From: Cycas panzhihuaensis
Lineage: Eukaryota; Plantae; Cycadophyta
Length of the DNA: 64,000 bases
Direction of reading: 5' to 3'
Assembly: GCA_023213395.1 (NCBI GenBank)
Contig: CM041465.1
Coordinates: forward strand, 231,267,741 to 231,331,740
In this document: positions 1-12,584 of the stretch, one piece after another
Numbering within the stretch: the first letter of the stretch is position 1
Layout: the number at the start of each line of letters is the position of its first letter
Notes under the pieces: model-generated
Databases searched by the model: none
Seen by the model: only the letters and a program-made list of their open reading frames with translations
What the model was told of the DNA's origin: nothing
Made by a program: the position numbers and the translations under genes

Positions 1-205
1 TTATCCCCACTTTTCCCAAGTTATTAGTTGGTAGATCAAGTGATTAATCTATGCAGGTCTACTTAGATATCAATATGATATTTTATTAGACTTCCTACTT
101 TCCCCATTTTTTCCAAGTTATCAATTAGTAAATTAGGTAACTAAGTTGTGTTGGTTTGCCTAAGTATCAATTTAATATCTTGTTAAACTCATTACTTCCC
201 TCACA
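1..205. repeat. Degenerate ~97-bp tandem repeat (2 copies plus the start of a third)
   Basis: tccccacttttcccaagttattagttggtag at 4 recurs as tccccattttttccaagttatcaattagtaa at 101; similarity continues through the unit; partial third copy near 195. Confidence 0.6.
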
Positions 206-1667
206 TCCCTCACATTCTTCTATAACACACCATAAGAGATAACTATCTATATTTCATCCTACTATATAAATACCAATAACATCTATAAATAGAATCACTC
301 CTATTAAAGTGAAGGGTCTTATCACCTCTTACTATTGACCCTTATCCTTGAGCTAGCATCATACATTCATAGACCAACTAATATTCTAAGTAGGTAATTT
401 TGGACAACATAAGGATGATAGGCAATAAATGTCTTAGTATATTATTTCCTTACTAATGCCAATATAATGATCATATACTATAACTAAGAATATAGTATAT
501 TAGCTCTATGATTACCCTTTAGAGATAATACTAGTAGTATAATATTACCTATAAATATTATATTTCCAATATAGTTTAATGTCACAAAGTGGGAAATCAA
601 TTTATAAGTGCATCTATAGTTATTATTAGTTAATTTATAGAGTTTCACATTGTCAAGGCCTCAATCACTAAGGAGGAAAATTTAGCACTTAAAATATCAC
701 CCTAGCAATAGTTAGATATTTTCTAAAGATCTTAAACATGTGAAACACATATCAAATACATAACATATAAATTTATAGGGATTTCTAACTAGTTTTAGTA
801 AGTTTTGATGTTAATTTTTAGTCGATTAGATAAATTAATAGTATTTCCTAGGCTTCTCTAGTTTTTTAAAGAATTATGACATAGTCATAATTTTCACATA
901 TTAAGTTAGCCTTAATATTACCTATAATAGGAATTTATGAAGCTTCAAATGATATAGGATGACTTTTATATGATCTTTAAGTTAAAATAGCTATATATAA
1001 TCCCATTTCTTCTATTTCACTTGATTATCTTTACATTCAAAGAAGACAATCTTTCTTGAAGAAAAGATTTTATGAAGAAGAAGAATAAAATATTTAAAGT
1101 ATGATTTCATCCCTTTAGTGAATCTTTTACTCCATTGAACCCTCTTGAGAGGGTTGTGAAGACCCTTTTATATTGAGATATAAAATCATAGTCTCTTTTC
1201 ATAGAGGAATTATACTTTCATAGGATTCTCTCCATTGAATGAGATAAAGTAGAAGAGAAATTATGATAATCTTTTGGTCTCCATTTTGCACTTATCTACC
1301 ATATCTGCATGGGATAATCCATTATTTCATGTGATATCAACACCATCCTTGAATGATAAAACCAATCTTATTTGTTATTTACACCCATTCTATTTATAAA
1401 TATTTATTATTAATAAAAATAGGGTTAATTAGTCATCAACTCCATCTCTTATCATACTTGTCTATGCATGTATTATTTTATCATTATTTATTATAAAGAT
1501 TAACTTCTTAGCATGCATAAGTTATCATATCTAAGCAATTATAGAAGAGATAAGTATCATTTATGAATTCATAATTTGTTTATCTTGTGCAAATAGGTGA
1601 TCAAAGTTTAGAAATGGAATGAAGCTATACAGTAAGTGGGCATCCTCTTAAGCTAGGGGATATAATA
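1..1667. mobile_element. Possible partial LTR of a Gypsy-type element, truncated by the window edge
   Basis: Non-coding; ends in ggggatataata (1656-1667), resembling the GGGG..TTACA terminus of many Gypsy LTRs and the terminus at 45059-45069. No partner LTR in window. Confidence 0.25.
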
Positions 1668-2748
1668 TTAATACATACTAGATATGTAGTATATCCTCTC
1701 CTTTTAATTTATTTTGTAATTTCTTTTTTAATAGCATATAGGAACCTTTCTATAGAATATTTGATATATTTCTACTTAGTCTAGCCTACATCTTAATGGT
1801 AAAATATCAGTAACAATATTGCCAGTTTTCAAAACTCACCAAAACCATATCAAGTGAGACTATATTGACCCTAAAAGCTAGTAGGTAGCACTAATATTAT
1901 GTCTCTTACCTTTGCATGGTTTTAGAGTGCTAATCTCTTGTTATATTCTCAAAGGCTCCTAATGAATTTTCTATCTAAACATGATATTAGATAATTAAAG
2001 ATAATTAATTAACTTAGAGCTTTAATTATAAAATAAGTAATTTCAAATTATTATATGTGGTATTGGAAGGATACTACACCTTGAGAGATGAAATGTGAGA
2101 TATAAAGATGGACAATGAAAAATAACTAACTTGTTGTATTATTATACAAAATATACATACATATGTAGGATACTCACATGTATATGAGATCTCTCAAGAT
2201 TAGCAATGGTGTGCTCTTGGTGGCTTGGCATAAAAACCAAGGTACTACTTGCACACATGTTAAGATGAATATAATATAATAATCAAAATAATCTTGAGGG
2301 TTATAAGAGCATGAAAGGGGGGGCTAGACAACGACTAATGAATTAAGCATTAGTCCAAATATTAAACCTAACATTTCTCCCCCTTAATATTTAATTCATA
2401 GTTTTCATATATGTTATCTTTGTTACTTCATTTTCTTGCTGATGTAGTTGCTCCAAGCTGCATTAAATATTTATCAAATCATTGATAACTATATGAATAT
2501 GACTCCATCTACCAGATCACATGGGTAACCAGCCATTGTGACCACTAGTTCTATAAGTATTTATTTTGGTTTTATAGTTCAATTAGCTCCTTCATTAATA
2601 GTACTCTAGGAACATGTCATCCTACTTAGCATGTCAAGTATGCTAGAAATGTGTAAGAGTAACTAGAAGGAGTGTCCTACCTCTTACTAAATTAGATCAT
2701 AAGGTAACCTTCTTTAGAATCTAATGGTTGAAAATATAATGGTGGGTA

Positions 2749-2895
2749 CTATAGCCTTAAAGTTACCACCATAGGCTCTAAATCATGCCTCAATGGGCTA
2801 CAATTATGCCACTTTGGGCTACAATATATCACTATAGGCTTCATCATGCTACTATGGGCCTACAATGACCTCTTTAGGGTTTAACATACCTTTAT
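2749..2895. repeat. Degenerate ~20-21-bp tandem array in the 3' internal region of the 2049-9874 element
   Basis: About 7 units such as atgggctacaattatgccact, ttgggctacaatatatcact, ataggcttcatcatgctact, atgggcctacaatgacctct. Confidence 0.7.
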
Positions 2896-4717
2896 ATGCT
2901 CACAAATCAAGATCCTAATATATAAAAGGTCCTAATAGCTAAATAAGACTACAACTATGGGGATTTCATTAATCCCTCAAAGGTCGTAAGGCCAATAAAT
3001 TTTAATATATCATAAATCATATATAGTAGATTTTTAAAAAAGACATATACATGTACATCATGCTCATGTAACTTGAATAAGTCTCATACCAAAAAGTGAT
3101 TAGACTAAGATATTTGTCTCTTATAGTTGTCACTTATAGTTGATCATCACTTGTTGTTGTTAAAGAAGACTCCCCCTTAATGTCAAACTCTTTAAACTTA
3201 TCACACATCTGTGGTTTTCAACACTTAACCAATCATGTGTAATGCCTTGTCTAAGGTCTTACATATTAAATTAATAATAACATCATCATTAGTCACCTCA
3301 CAGGGTGTCAAAAATCATTAAACTTAGTCATTTTACACTTAATTTTTAAATAAACTTGTGTGACACAATATTAAACTCTAGTCATTATGCAAGATACTGG
3401 CACTAATGATTAAACATAGCCTTTAAGGCCTTGCATGGTATAAAATATTATATTTGTTGAGTTCATAAAAAATATTTCACTCAAATTTGAACTTTATTTT
3501 TACTTATAAGATAGACTTAAATGGTGTCAAATAAGGAGTCATTTTGAAGAGGGATAAAACAAGATTCTAATGCAACTGACAAAATCAAAATCGGAGTCCA
3601 TATGAGAGAGATATGATAAAAATAATATAGATAGGTGCCTAAAATTAAAAAATGCCTTTGAAATAATGTTTAATCCCTTTAACATTAGGCCTTTGGTCAT
3701 GCTGTTATCTCCATATGACTGTCAGCTAGTAGGTGAGCTGCTAGTAAAACTCAAAATACACTTCAATTTCACTAAATTTTTAAAAATACTCCATAACTTC
3801 ATAATGCCAAAAAGAAACAAACTATATGGTAAAAAATATTCACCATTTTCCTTGATTTGTCTTTCCTTCTTTATTTTATGCAAGTCAATAATGGTAGTGT
3901 TACAAGTCATAGTGATCAACTATGGAAATGGCAGCAACATCCTCCTTAGCTTGAACAATGGTAGGATATCATTGATAAAATCAACCACATCTTCCTCGAC
4001 TAGTTCTTCATCTTGAAACTCCTCGATAGTTTTTTTATTGGCAAGCTCCATGCCCACTTTAGCCATCATCATTGCAGTTGTCTTATATATAGAGCTTGTA
4101 TCTGAAGAAGGATAGCATAATAGATTACTTCCACTATGCCTGCTGCACTTGTAAGTAAGCCACATAAATCTCCCAAGCAACCTAATGCGATGGCATCTAG
4201 GCATGATGTGCTATTGGTATATTATCTCCATAGGATAAATCTTAATAAGAAAGGCCTTACTTGTTCTTTGAGTCTATCAAAATGGGGTTTCTCCATAGAG
4301 CTTTTGGTCATCTAGACTAAAAAATATCGAGGAGAATTACTCATTTCCAAAGCTAGAGCAAGATCTAAATAATAGTTAATATTGGGGAATCCTTAGGCAA
4401 CTATAGATAAGGAAAATATAACTATGATGTTGAAATGATAATAAATAAGCTAAGCAACTTGCTACCTTATAGGAGTATAGTCAGATGCTTAGAGGGTTTT
4501 AGCAAGAAGCTTTTATTAAATGATTTTGCTAGTATTTTCTAAGAATTTACCTAAACAGGGGATTGGTAGAGATCCACCAGGCTCTTCAAGTATATGAAAA
4601 GGCAATAATGGTGCAAACCCAATGAACACATTTATATAATACTAATTAGCATTTTGGATAAAGAGGGTTTGCTCTATAAATGCTCAAAAATTTTTGAAAA
4701 AATGCCTAGCCAATGAG

Positions 4718-7700
4718 TGTTGGGGTTAATGCTCATCACCCCACCCCCACCTTTTGTACATGTGAGTGTACACGTGTGAAGGCAAGTTAGGTAAGGTTAA
4801 TATTCACTTAAGTATTATTTTAATATTATTTAAATTTTGGAGGTTGAGGAGGTTTCCCTCCTCCCTCAAACTATATATTTACTAGGGTTACTAACCCTAG
4901 TGTCTTTTGACACCACCACTATTTGGAAATCTATAATACTCTCAAATATGGCTTGATGAATGTGATTTGGTTTATGCTCTTACTTTATAATTAATTGAAT
5001 ATTGGTTACTACTCCGCTCTGTCTCCATAATTTCAAACCTCCATTTAGTATCAGAGCATCTTAATCTTGGTTGGTTTGGTTTCTTTTAGCATTTTGGAGC
5101 TTGGACTACATTTGAAACTTCTTGAGTTGGCTTTATTTAGCATCAAAGCAAGATCTATTAGTTCTTAAAAAGGAGATCTATCAAAGCTACTTATGGCAAG
5201 TAAAAACATTCAATATTTCATCACTTTATAAAGTTTTATTAATAGTTTTGTATAGTTTTATTGAACATTTATCTATTTTTTGGTGTATATGATCCATTTA
5301 ATCAATATTTCTTCATATTTGTGTAGTAATAGCATGTGTATTCAACCCAACCATCCTTTAGAGAAATTATATTAAGGTTTCAATTGATTTTATAAGTTTT
5401 TATTATTTTTTTACTTTTTTTCAAGGTTTCTCTAAATACTTAAACTTCTATAGGCTGGTGCACTCTCCACAGTGATCAAAACCTTATCAAGTAACCATTA
5501 GTTTTGAAGCTCTTCAAGTTAACTCTGCACCAAATTCAACAGTTTCAAATTTCATCACTCCTATAAAGAGATCTCCCACCCAGAAGCTTGGTTACTTATT
5601 TTAGTAGTAAAACCCCAATAACCCTCTTCTCATTTGCTTATTTTAGCTTTATTTTTCACCTCGTTTCCTCTGTGATAATGGTGTAGACTTGATACAAATT
5701 AATCAAAGCTATCTCAACTTATTTTCAATCCCTTTGTGATTTGTATGACCTCCATGGCTCTGTGCACCCTCCACAGCCTGTGCAAGTTGAAAGAACAGTT
5801 TTTAAATCATTTTTTTAAGTGTTTTCTCTCTGTGCTTGATTTGTGTAGCTACTGTAGTGACTGATCAGTGTCCAGCTTATGGTTTTTTAGCAAATCTCCC
5901 TCCTTCATAGTTATTCATCTATATATAGCATCCACACACCTCTGTCAAAGTATTTTTGATATTTTATATATATATATTATATTTTTTGAAAGATTTTTTT
6001 ATTAATGTACCTTTTTGGATCCTCTTCACCCTCTTTCGATTGATTTTGATCTATCTCTGAAGTATAATCATCGATTTGTGACTATGTTTGTTAATATCAA
6101 CGGTGATGTATTTGATTAATATAATTTTTATTTTCTAAGGTTTAATCAAATTAAATTGTATTACATTATGATTTGAAGTTTGGGTGGGTCAAATTTGATC
6201 TTAGCCCCTTTCTTTTTTGGCCCTCAGTCTTATTTGACCTCCATGTGATCTATAAACTATGTATTAAAATGGCTAGTCACTTGTTTAATATAAAGTTTTA
6301 TTTATATTTTTTTCTCAAAAGGGTCACTGTCACATTTTTTATTGTATCTCCTCTCTAGCTTATCAGTTTTCGGTGAAACTGGGTCCATTGCATTCGTCTT
6401 TCAATGACCTATAGTGTGCACTACTCATTTGTCAAATTTGAGACCTTTTTTTTACTAAGATTTAATCATTTGAAGTGACCTCTTTGTTCAACCTTTATTT
6501 TGTTAATTATAAAAAAGTCCTTTTACCTTTTCTATTATAACTCTAATATATAAGCTCTATTTTTTAAATTGTCTATTTTGTTAGAAAGTTGGTTTGATCC
6601 TCTACACATTGGTATAATCTTTATCTAATTTAAAGCTATTTTATAAGTTTTCAAAGCTAGTAAACTTGAGGTAACATATTTGACTTAATTCATTATTTTT
6701 AGTAATATTAAAGTAATTTTTTTTTTAGTTTCTTTACTTAAGACACACTAAGGGATCTCTAATCTATATATAACTATTTTCATATCATTCTACAAAGATT
6801 TAATTTGAATTTTGTAGCATCTAAGCCCCATGGATCTATTTTAAGCCCTTAAAAGGGTCCTCATATTCATTCATTAATATCTTGAGCTCTAGGAGCCTGT
6901 TTTCCAAACGGTTGAATTCATCAGAAAGAATTTTTAATACTCTTCATATTAGAATAAGTTTTTATTTAAGTTGACATATTTTATAGATCTTTAAAGTAGT
7001 TAAAGTTGAAGCTCCTATTTGGTCCCAATTAGACATATTCTTAAATATCTCAAGCAAAATTTTCGCTCTTACTTAGCATATTTATTTATCATTAAGATAC
7101 TAATTAGTTGTTGGTAGCTTTTACTTGTTTTAAAAGCTTACCATAAAGTTTTTATAGCTATTAAGCTCCACTTCAACCTCTTGAAGAGAAGGAGTCCCCT
7201 TTGGATCAAAAATATCAAACTAGTGCACTCTAACCCTATTCTAAAGCTTTCATTTTATCTTTTAACTTATAAATTTGATTCAAAACTCTCCTAAATCTTA
7301 TTTATTGCTTATTTTATGCCAATTATTGTCTCTTTTAAGGCATTCACTTAAGGTTTATTCCATAAGCATATTTCAAATATATATATACATATTTCTTTGA
7401 TTTAAAAGAGCTTATATTTACTCTTAATGATTTCATCTATATAGTGAAGGTTTATTTGATTTTATTTCAAGCTTTCAAAGTATTTTCAAAGTGCATTCTA
7501 TTGCATATAAGCATTCAAAGTACTTCATTATTTTATAAAGCTTATTTAAACTTATATGAAAGTTATTTTGTAAATAATATTCATGAATCATATAATTTCC
7601 TTTAGTATCAAGTTATTTTTCATTGATTTATGAAGGCATTCATCTAAAAAATAATATATATATTTCAAATTATCTTTAGCTCACTTTATCCCTTTACTTT

Positions 7701-8928
7701 TAAGGTTTACATAAAATCATTGATTGATTTAGTTCCATCCTAAAGGAAAGCATTTGTCTTAAAAGAATATACATTTTATCTCATTACTAACCTACATTGA
7801 TTAATGGATTTATATTTGTTAAAAATCATTTATTGCCTACTTTATGTTATTCTATTCATTTGAGTTTATCAACTAAAAATTTTTACAAATGGCACCTTAT
7901 TTAGATAATATGTTAATTCATACATTTGATGGGACTAATTTTTATGTTTGGAAAGACTTGTTAAAAATACATCTTAGTGCATAACCTTTGGAAATTTGTT
8001 GAATATGGTTATCTAGAGGATGAACAAAATTTAAAAAAAAAAACTTAAGAAAGGATAATGAAGTCATAGCATTAATCTTTGGCATAATAAATGATAATGT
8101 ATTCATTAATGTTAGTGAGTTAACTATGTCCAAATCTATTTGGGATACTCTAGAATCAATTTATGGGGGAGAAACCTTAGATTTGAATGAATTTAACTAT
8201 GTTGATAATGTTGTACATATGAGATAGATGACAGAGCAGGTGTTTAATGTTAAAAAGGCAAATGTTGACGACTCAAATAAAATAGATGATCACATTGATA
8301 CACTTAATGATGTTGTATGTACCTATTCCTTGATTGATTATCATACGACAAAGAATCTAGAAGATAAAGTAAAAGATGAAGCCACTCTTCTCCATTTGAA
8401 GCAAGTCACACCTACTTAGAGATCACTTGAACCATACTATATCGAAGGAAACTACTTTGTAAGGATAATTATGCAAGTTAATGAAGACAAAGCTAAATGG
8501 CATGTAGTCAATCACTCTCTCAAGGTTTTTCTCAAACACATGTATCATAAATTCAAAGAAAAGTGAAGATGATCATGATAACCTTTAACAGAGAGAATGT
8601 TAGGGTTAATGCTCATCACCCCACTCCTACCTTTTGCCCATGTAAGTGCAAACATATGAAGGTAAGTTAGGTAAGGTTAATGTTCACTTGAGTTAAGTAT
8701 TATGTTAATATTATTTGAATTTTGGAGGTTGAGGAGGTTTCCATCCTCCCTCAAACTATATATTTACTAGGGTTACTAACCCTTATGTATTTCGACACCA
8801 CCGCTATTTGGAAATCTATAATACTTTTAAACATGACTTAATGAATATGATTTGGTTTATGCTCTTACTCTACAATGGATTAAATATTGGTTAATGCTCC
8901 GCTCTATCTCCATGAATTCAAAACTTCA
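4718..8928 (+). mobile_element. Non-autonomous Copia-type LTR retrotransposon (TR-GAG-like), nested
   Basis: LTRs 4718-5043 and 8598-8928 (TG..CA, ~12 differences in first 91 bp); PBS tagtatcagagc at 5046-5057 (tRNA-iMet type); purine tract aacagagagaa before 8598; TSD atgag/atggg. Confidence 0.92.
7889..8420 (+). pseudogene. gag: Truncated Copia gag (DUF4219/UBN2-like), frameshifted
   Basis: MAPYLDNMLIHTFDGTNFYVWKDLLKIHL / NLWKFVEYGY / RKDNEVIALIFGIINDNVFINVSELTMSKSIWDTLESIYGG matches the Copia gag N-terminal pattern; followed by an acidic tail and then the PPT. Confidence 0.8.
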
Positions 8929-9899
8929 ATGGGGAGAAAGGAGATATAGGATGACTAGATATACTCTTATTCATTTAACAAAATGAGATAGATATTGTAG
9001 TTGTTGTTGTATACCCACAAATGAGATCACCCCAAATACATGGACATATTTGAAACTTCTAATTAATACCATGCATCTAATCAAGCTATAATGGAGATAT
9101 AGATTTCATAGACTTTTCAATATTAACTAAGTATGTGCAAATTCAAATAGAGAGATAACATAGTTAACAAAATATAGATAAATAATCATAACTATATTAT
9201 AAAGAATAGCTAAATATATTGGCCAATAATAGGAAATATATTGATATATAACTACAATTTTTTTAAAGACAAAAAATAGCCCATATTTGAGCTGTTAGGA
9301 TGGCTAGTCCCATGTGATCACCTTCACTTTGCTAGACCTCCAAAATCATCTTTTTGTAAGATGAATCTACATATCTAAATTTGTAACTTTTTATTTCACT
9401 CTTCAACATTCAACACTTAAAAGAAACTTAACATATAATTTTGATAAAGAACCTAGCTATAAAACTTCTTACTTAAAGGATGAATCCCATGATTGAATAT
9501 GTGGTCCCTCAAGGGATCAAAACCCATTTTAATGGCTCAAATACCAAATGTTGGATGTGGTATTAGAGGGATACTACATCTTGAGGAAAGAAATGTGAGA
9601 CATAAAGAGGGATAATGAAAAATAAACTAACTTTTTGTATTACTATACAAAGTATACATATAGATATATGATACTCATATGTGTGTGAGATCTCTTAAGA
9701 TCAATAACGGTGTGCTCTTGGTGGCTTGGCACACAAACTAAAATACCACTTACACATATATTAAGATGAGTACAATATAATAATCAAAATAATCTTAAAG
9801 ATTATAAGATCATGAAGGGGGGATCTAAACAATGACTAATGAATTAAACATTAGTCCAAATATTAAACCCAACATGAATGACATTGATTTCTCTTTATC

Positions 9900-12400
9900 A
9901 TAAGTTAATTCCCTTTTTGTAAGTGTTCACAAATTTAATATCCTCCTATTTTGATTTCTTTAGCTATTTTATTTTATCAAATTATTTAGCGTGTAACTCT
10001 ACTTTATCAATTTCTACATAATATGTTATATTTACCCTTAGGTATTTCTTCATGTTGTAATTTTCTAAAAATGAATATTCTTTTTGTTCTTTGATGTGTG
10101 ATGGATAATCATAATAAAAACTTTCATGTGCAAAGGATTGATAATATGTGAGTAATATAAAATACATGATAAATATGATAATGCTTAGAGCAAGAAGAAG
10201 GATAATTAGAGTTCTTAATCTCTAGTTTTTTTAAAATCTTTATTTAATATTTATATTTTTTAGCCAAAACTTCATCATGTATCATTTTATTTCCAAATGG
10301 ATTCACCTTCAATGGTCTTAATAATTTTTTATTTATATCCCCTAATTTGGGACAAGGTAGAATTATGGTCTTAAAAGGAATTAATATAATATAAAATATT
10401 TTACTACTGGTAGTATGTACTTGATCGCTCTTGGCCCATCTACCTAATTCTTGACTTGGGTCTTCTCCATCTACATAACTAGTAAAGATAAAACCTTAGT
10501 ACTTGTGATTTAATGGAGTGGAAATAGATTTAGAAATGAACCTTTTTTATTATAATTGCCATCTTTATCTTTGTAAGAAAGGAATTTTCTAGGGTTACAT
10601 ATCCATACTTTATGATAGTAGAGGATGTAAGAGTTGTTTAATTTTGGTCCTCTTGTACACCTTTATGAGAATCCATTTTTTTCATGATATTACACTCTAT
10701 ATCTTCTACTTTTATAATTATAAGAGTTTTGAAGTGATTCTTTAAGGAATATATACTTTAAATAATTTGTTTAATATCGCATATTCATTATTATTATTAT
10801 TGCATGATTTCACTATAACTACCTTATATATTTTTACCATTTTATTTCCCTACTTCTTATTTATTATACAATGTGTCTTCATTGTTTTCTTCTAGATAAT
10901 CAATATATTTTTGCAATTCTATTTCTCATTCTTTTATAATATCAAAGAAGGAATTATTTGCCTTGTATTATGATGGGAAATCTCAATATTTCTCATATTA
11001 CAAATAACTTCTCTTAATATACTTCCATAATTATCATTCTACATTAAAAATTTTCATTGTACATATGCCAATGAGATTTATTTTAAGATAAAGATAATAT
11101 TCAAAGATCATTTTGTCATGAAAAGGGCCTCATCTCTAATAATATTTAATCTATAATTCTCATATTTTCTCCCTTTCTTTGTTCCAAAATCTTTAAGGTT
11201 ATGACCTTTAATTTTTACCACTTATTCATTCATTCTAAAAGGGTTATCTTTATTTGATTTTTATATTTAACTAGAGGATAATTTTATTTAATAAGATCCC
11301 AATGATAAGGGCCACTATTAATTATTAAAATTTCCATAATTACTTATTAGTGATTAACAACCTTTGTAGATTATAGATTTTATAATGTTTAGTAGTAATG
11401 CCTATATTTTATTTAATTGGGTGATTATCTAAACTAGATAATTATACCTTTTATATTAACCATAATGTTCACCTAAAACGCAATAACATGGAAGATAAAA
11501 TGTCCATGCATAGAACTAAAAAGTTTTAAGTATAGCTTATATATTTTTTTTATTTTGAATTAGAAAATTTTATAATTAGGAGGGAAAATAAATTTACTTA
11601 ATTTTTCTAAGGTTAAATATATAAATAGAAATCAAGGGAAGGGTAATGATTAGAAATAGAATATAATGATAATAATAGATTTGGAAGGGGAAATCCATAA
11701 ATGATTGGAAGCCAACAACTTTGCTAGGGTTTGTGTTATTGTTTCCTAGTAGTACTATATTATGAGCAATCTACTAGAATTTGAATGTTTTTATATCTTA
11801 GTGAACCCATTAGTATTTCTCTCCTTCCTATGGTGACATCATTATGTAGGTTTTGGTCTAATTGATTAGAGCTTTTAGGTGTTATATTTCTATCATCCTT
11901 ATTTTTCTTTTGAGTCACAATTTATGTGATATGAGTCTTCTTATCACTTTGATGAGCAAGGAAGCAAGTTTACTTTCAGTGTTTTATGGTCCATTTTCTT
12001 TCACCTCTATTGTGACACCAGCTTTAGGGTAGAAGATGAGAAGCTTATAGCCTTCTTGTGATACTTGTGGTGGTAGAATAAGTGTGCTTAGAGAGAGTTA
12101 GATTTATGCCACTTTTTAGTGAGATTTGGTCTATGAAGCATTTTTGTTATGGTTTCTCCCTTTCCAAATGTTGTTTTCTTCCCATTAACTTGACATTAGG
12201 GTTTAGGAACATGGTTTTTTAAGGATTTTCAGGCTCGTTAACTAGTTGGTATAGCCACTTTATAATGGTTGGTCAATGAACATTATAGTGGATATTAAAA
12301 GTCAATGAAATTGTATCTTTGAGCACTACAAATGTCTTCTTTAGTTTAAGATTGATTCTAAGCTTTCACACTTCTCTTTCAATCTTGAGACTTGAATCTA
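9900..12400 (-). mobile_element. Highly degenerate, internally deleted L1-type LINE remnant
   Basis: Minus-strand motif remnants in L1 order: LQRLLIT (~11360, RLDR-like), GS.. (~11300, GSDH-like), PFRMNE*W (~11230, PFRFE..W), NSFF (~10950), LPCPKLG (~10350, PK..GGL). RT core not found. Confidence 0.5.
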
Positions 12401-12584
12401 AATACTTTGCATCCTTCATCTTTCATTACGTTTATTTAGAACCAAATTTTCTACTATAAAACTATTTTTTTCTAGTAAATTCTCTTTAACTTTTCTCTCT
12501 TTTGGTCTAGGATTTGTAACCTACTTAATCACCTTTAGTGGTCCCAATATTCTACTATAAGAGGAGAAGGGTGCAAACCCATCC

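Larger units (their letters stand above)
2049..9874 (-). mobile_element. Non-autonomous Copia-type LTR retrotransposon (gag remnant only), host of a nested insertion
   Basis: LTR pair 2049-2373 and 9549-9874 (~325 bp, ~12 differences in first 77 bp); PPT tttctcccccttaa at 2374-2387; PBS ggctcaaatacca at 9534-9546 (revcomp ~tRNA-iMet TGGTATCAGAGCC); TSD caaat/tgaat; minus-strand gag N-terminus LD*MHGIN*KFQI..DLICGY at ~9010-9109; no RT/INT motifs seen. Confidence 0.88.

Noticed and set aside
3666-4230. ORFs 3666-4016 and 3920-4204 as a captured host gene (one frame reads LGCLGDLC, loosely importin-beta-like)
   Set aside because: Too short and unsupported; position and a SH*VAWE motif fit frameshifted gag of the outer element better
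4881-4901. Interstitial telomere repeat
   Set aside because: A single AACCCTA-type motif in a palindrome, not a TTTAGGG array
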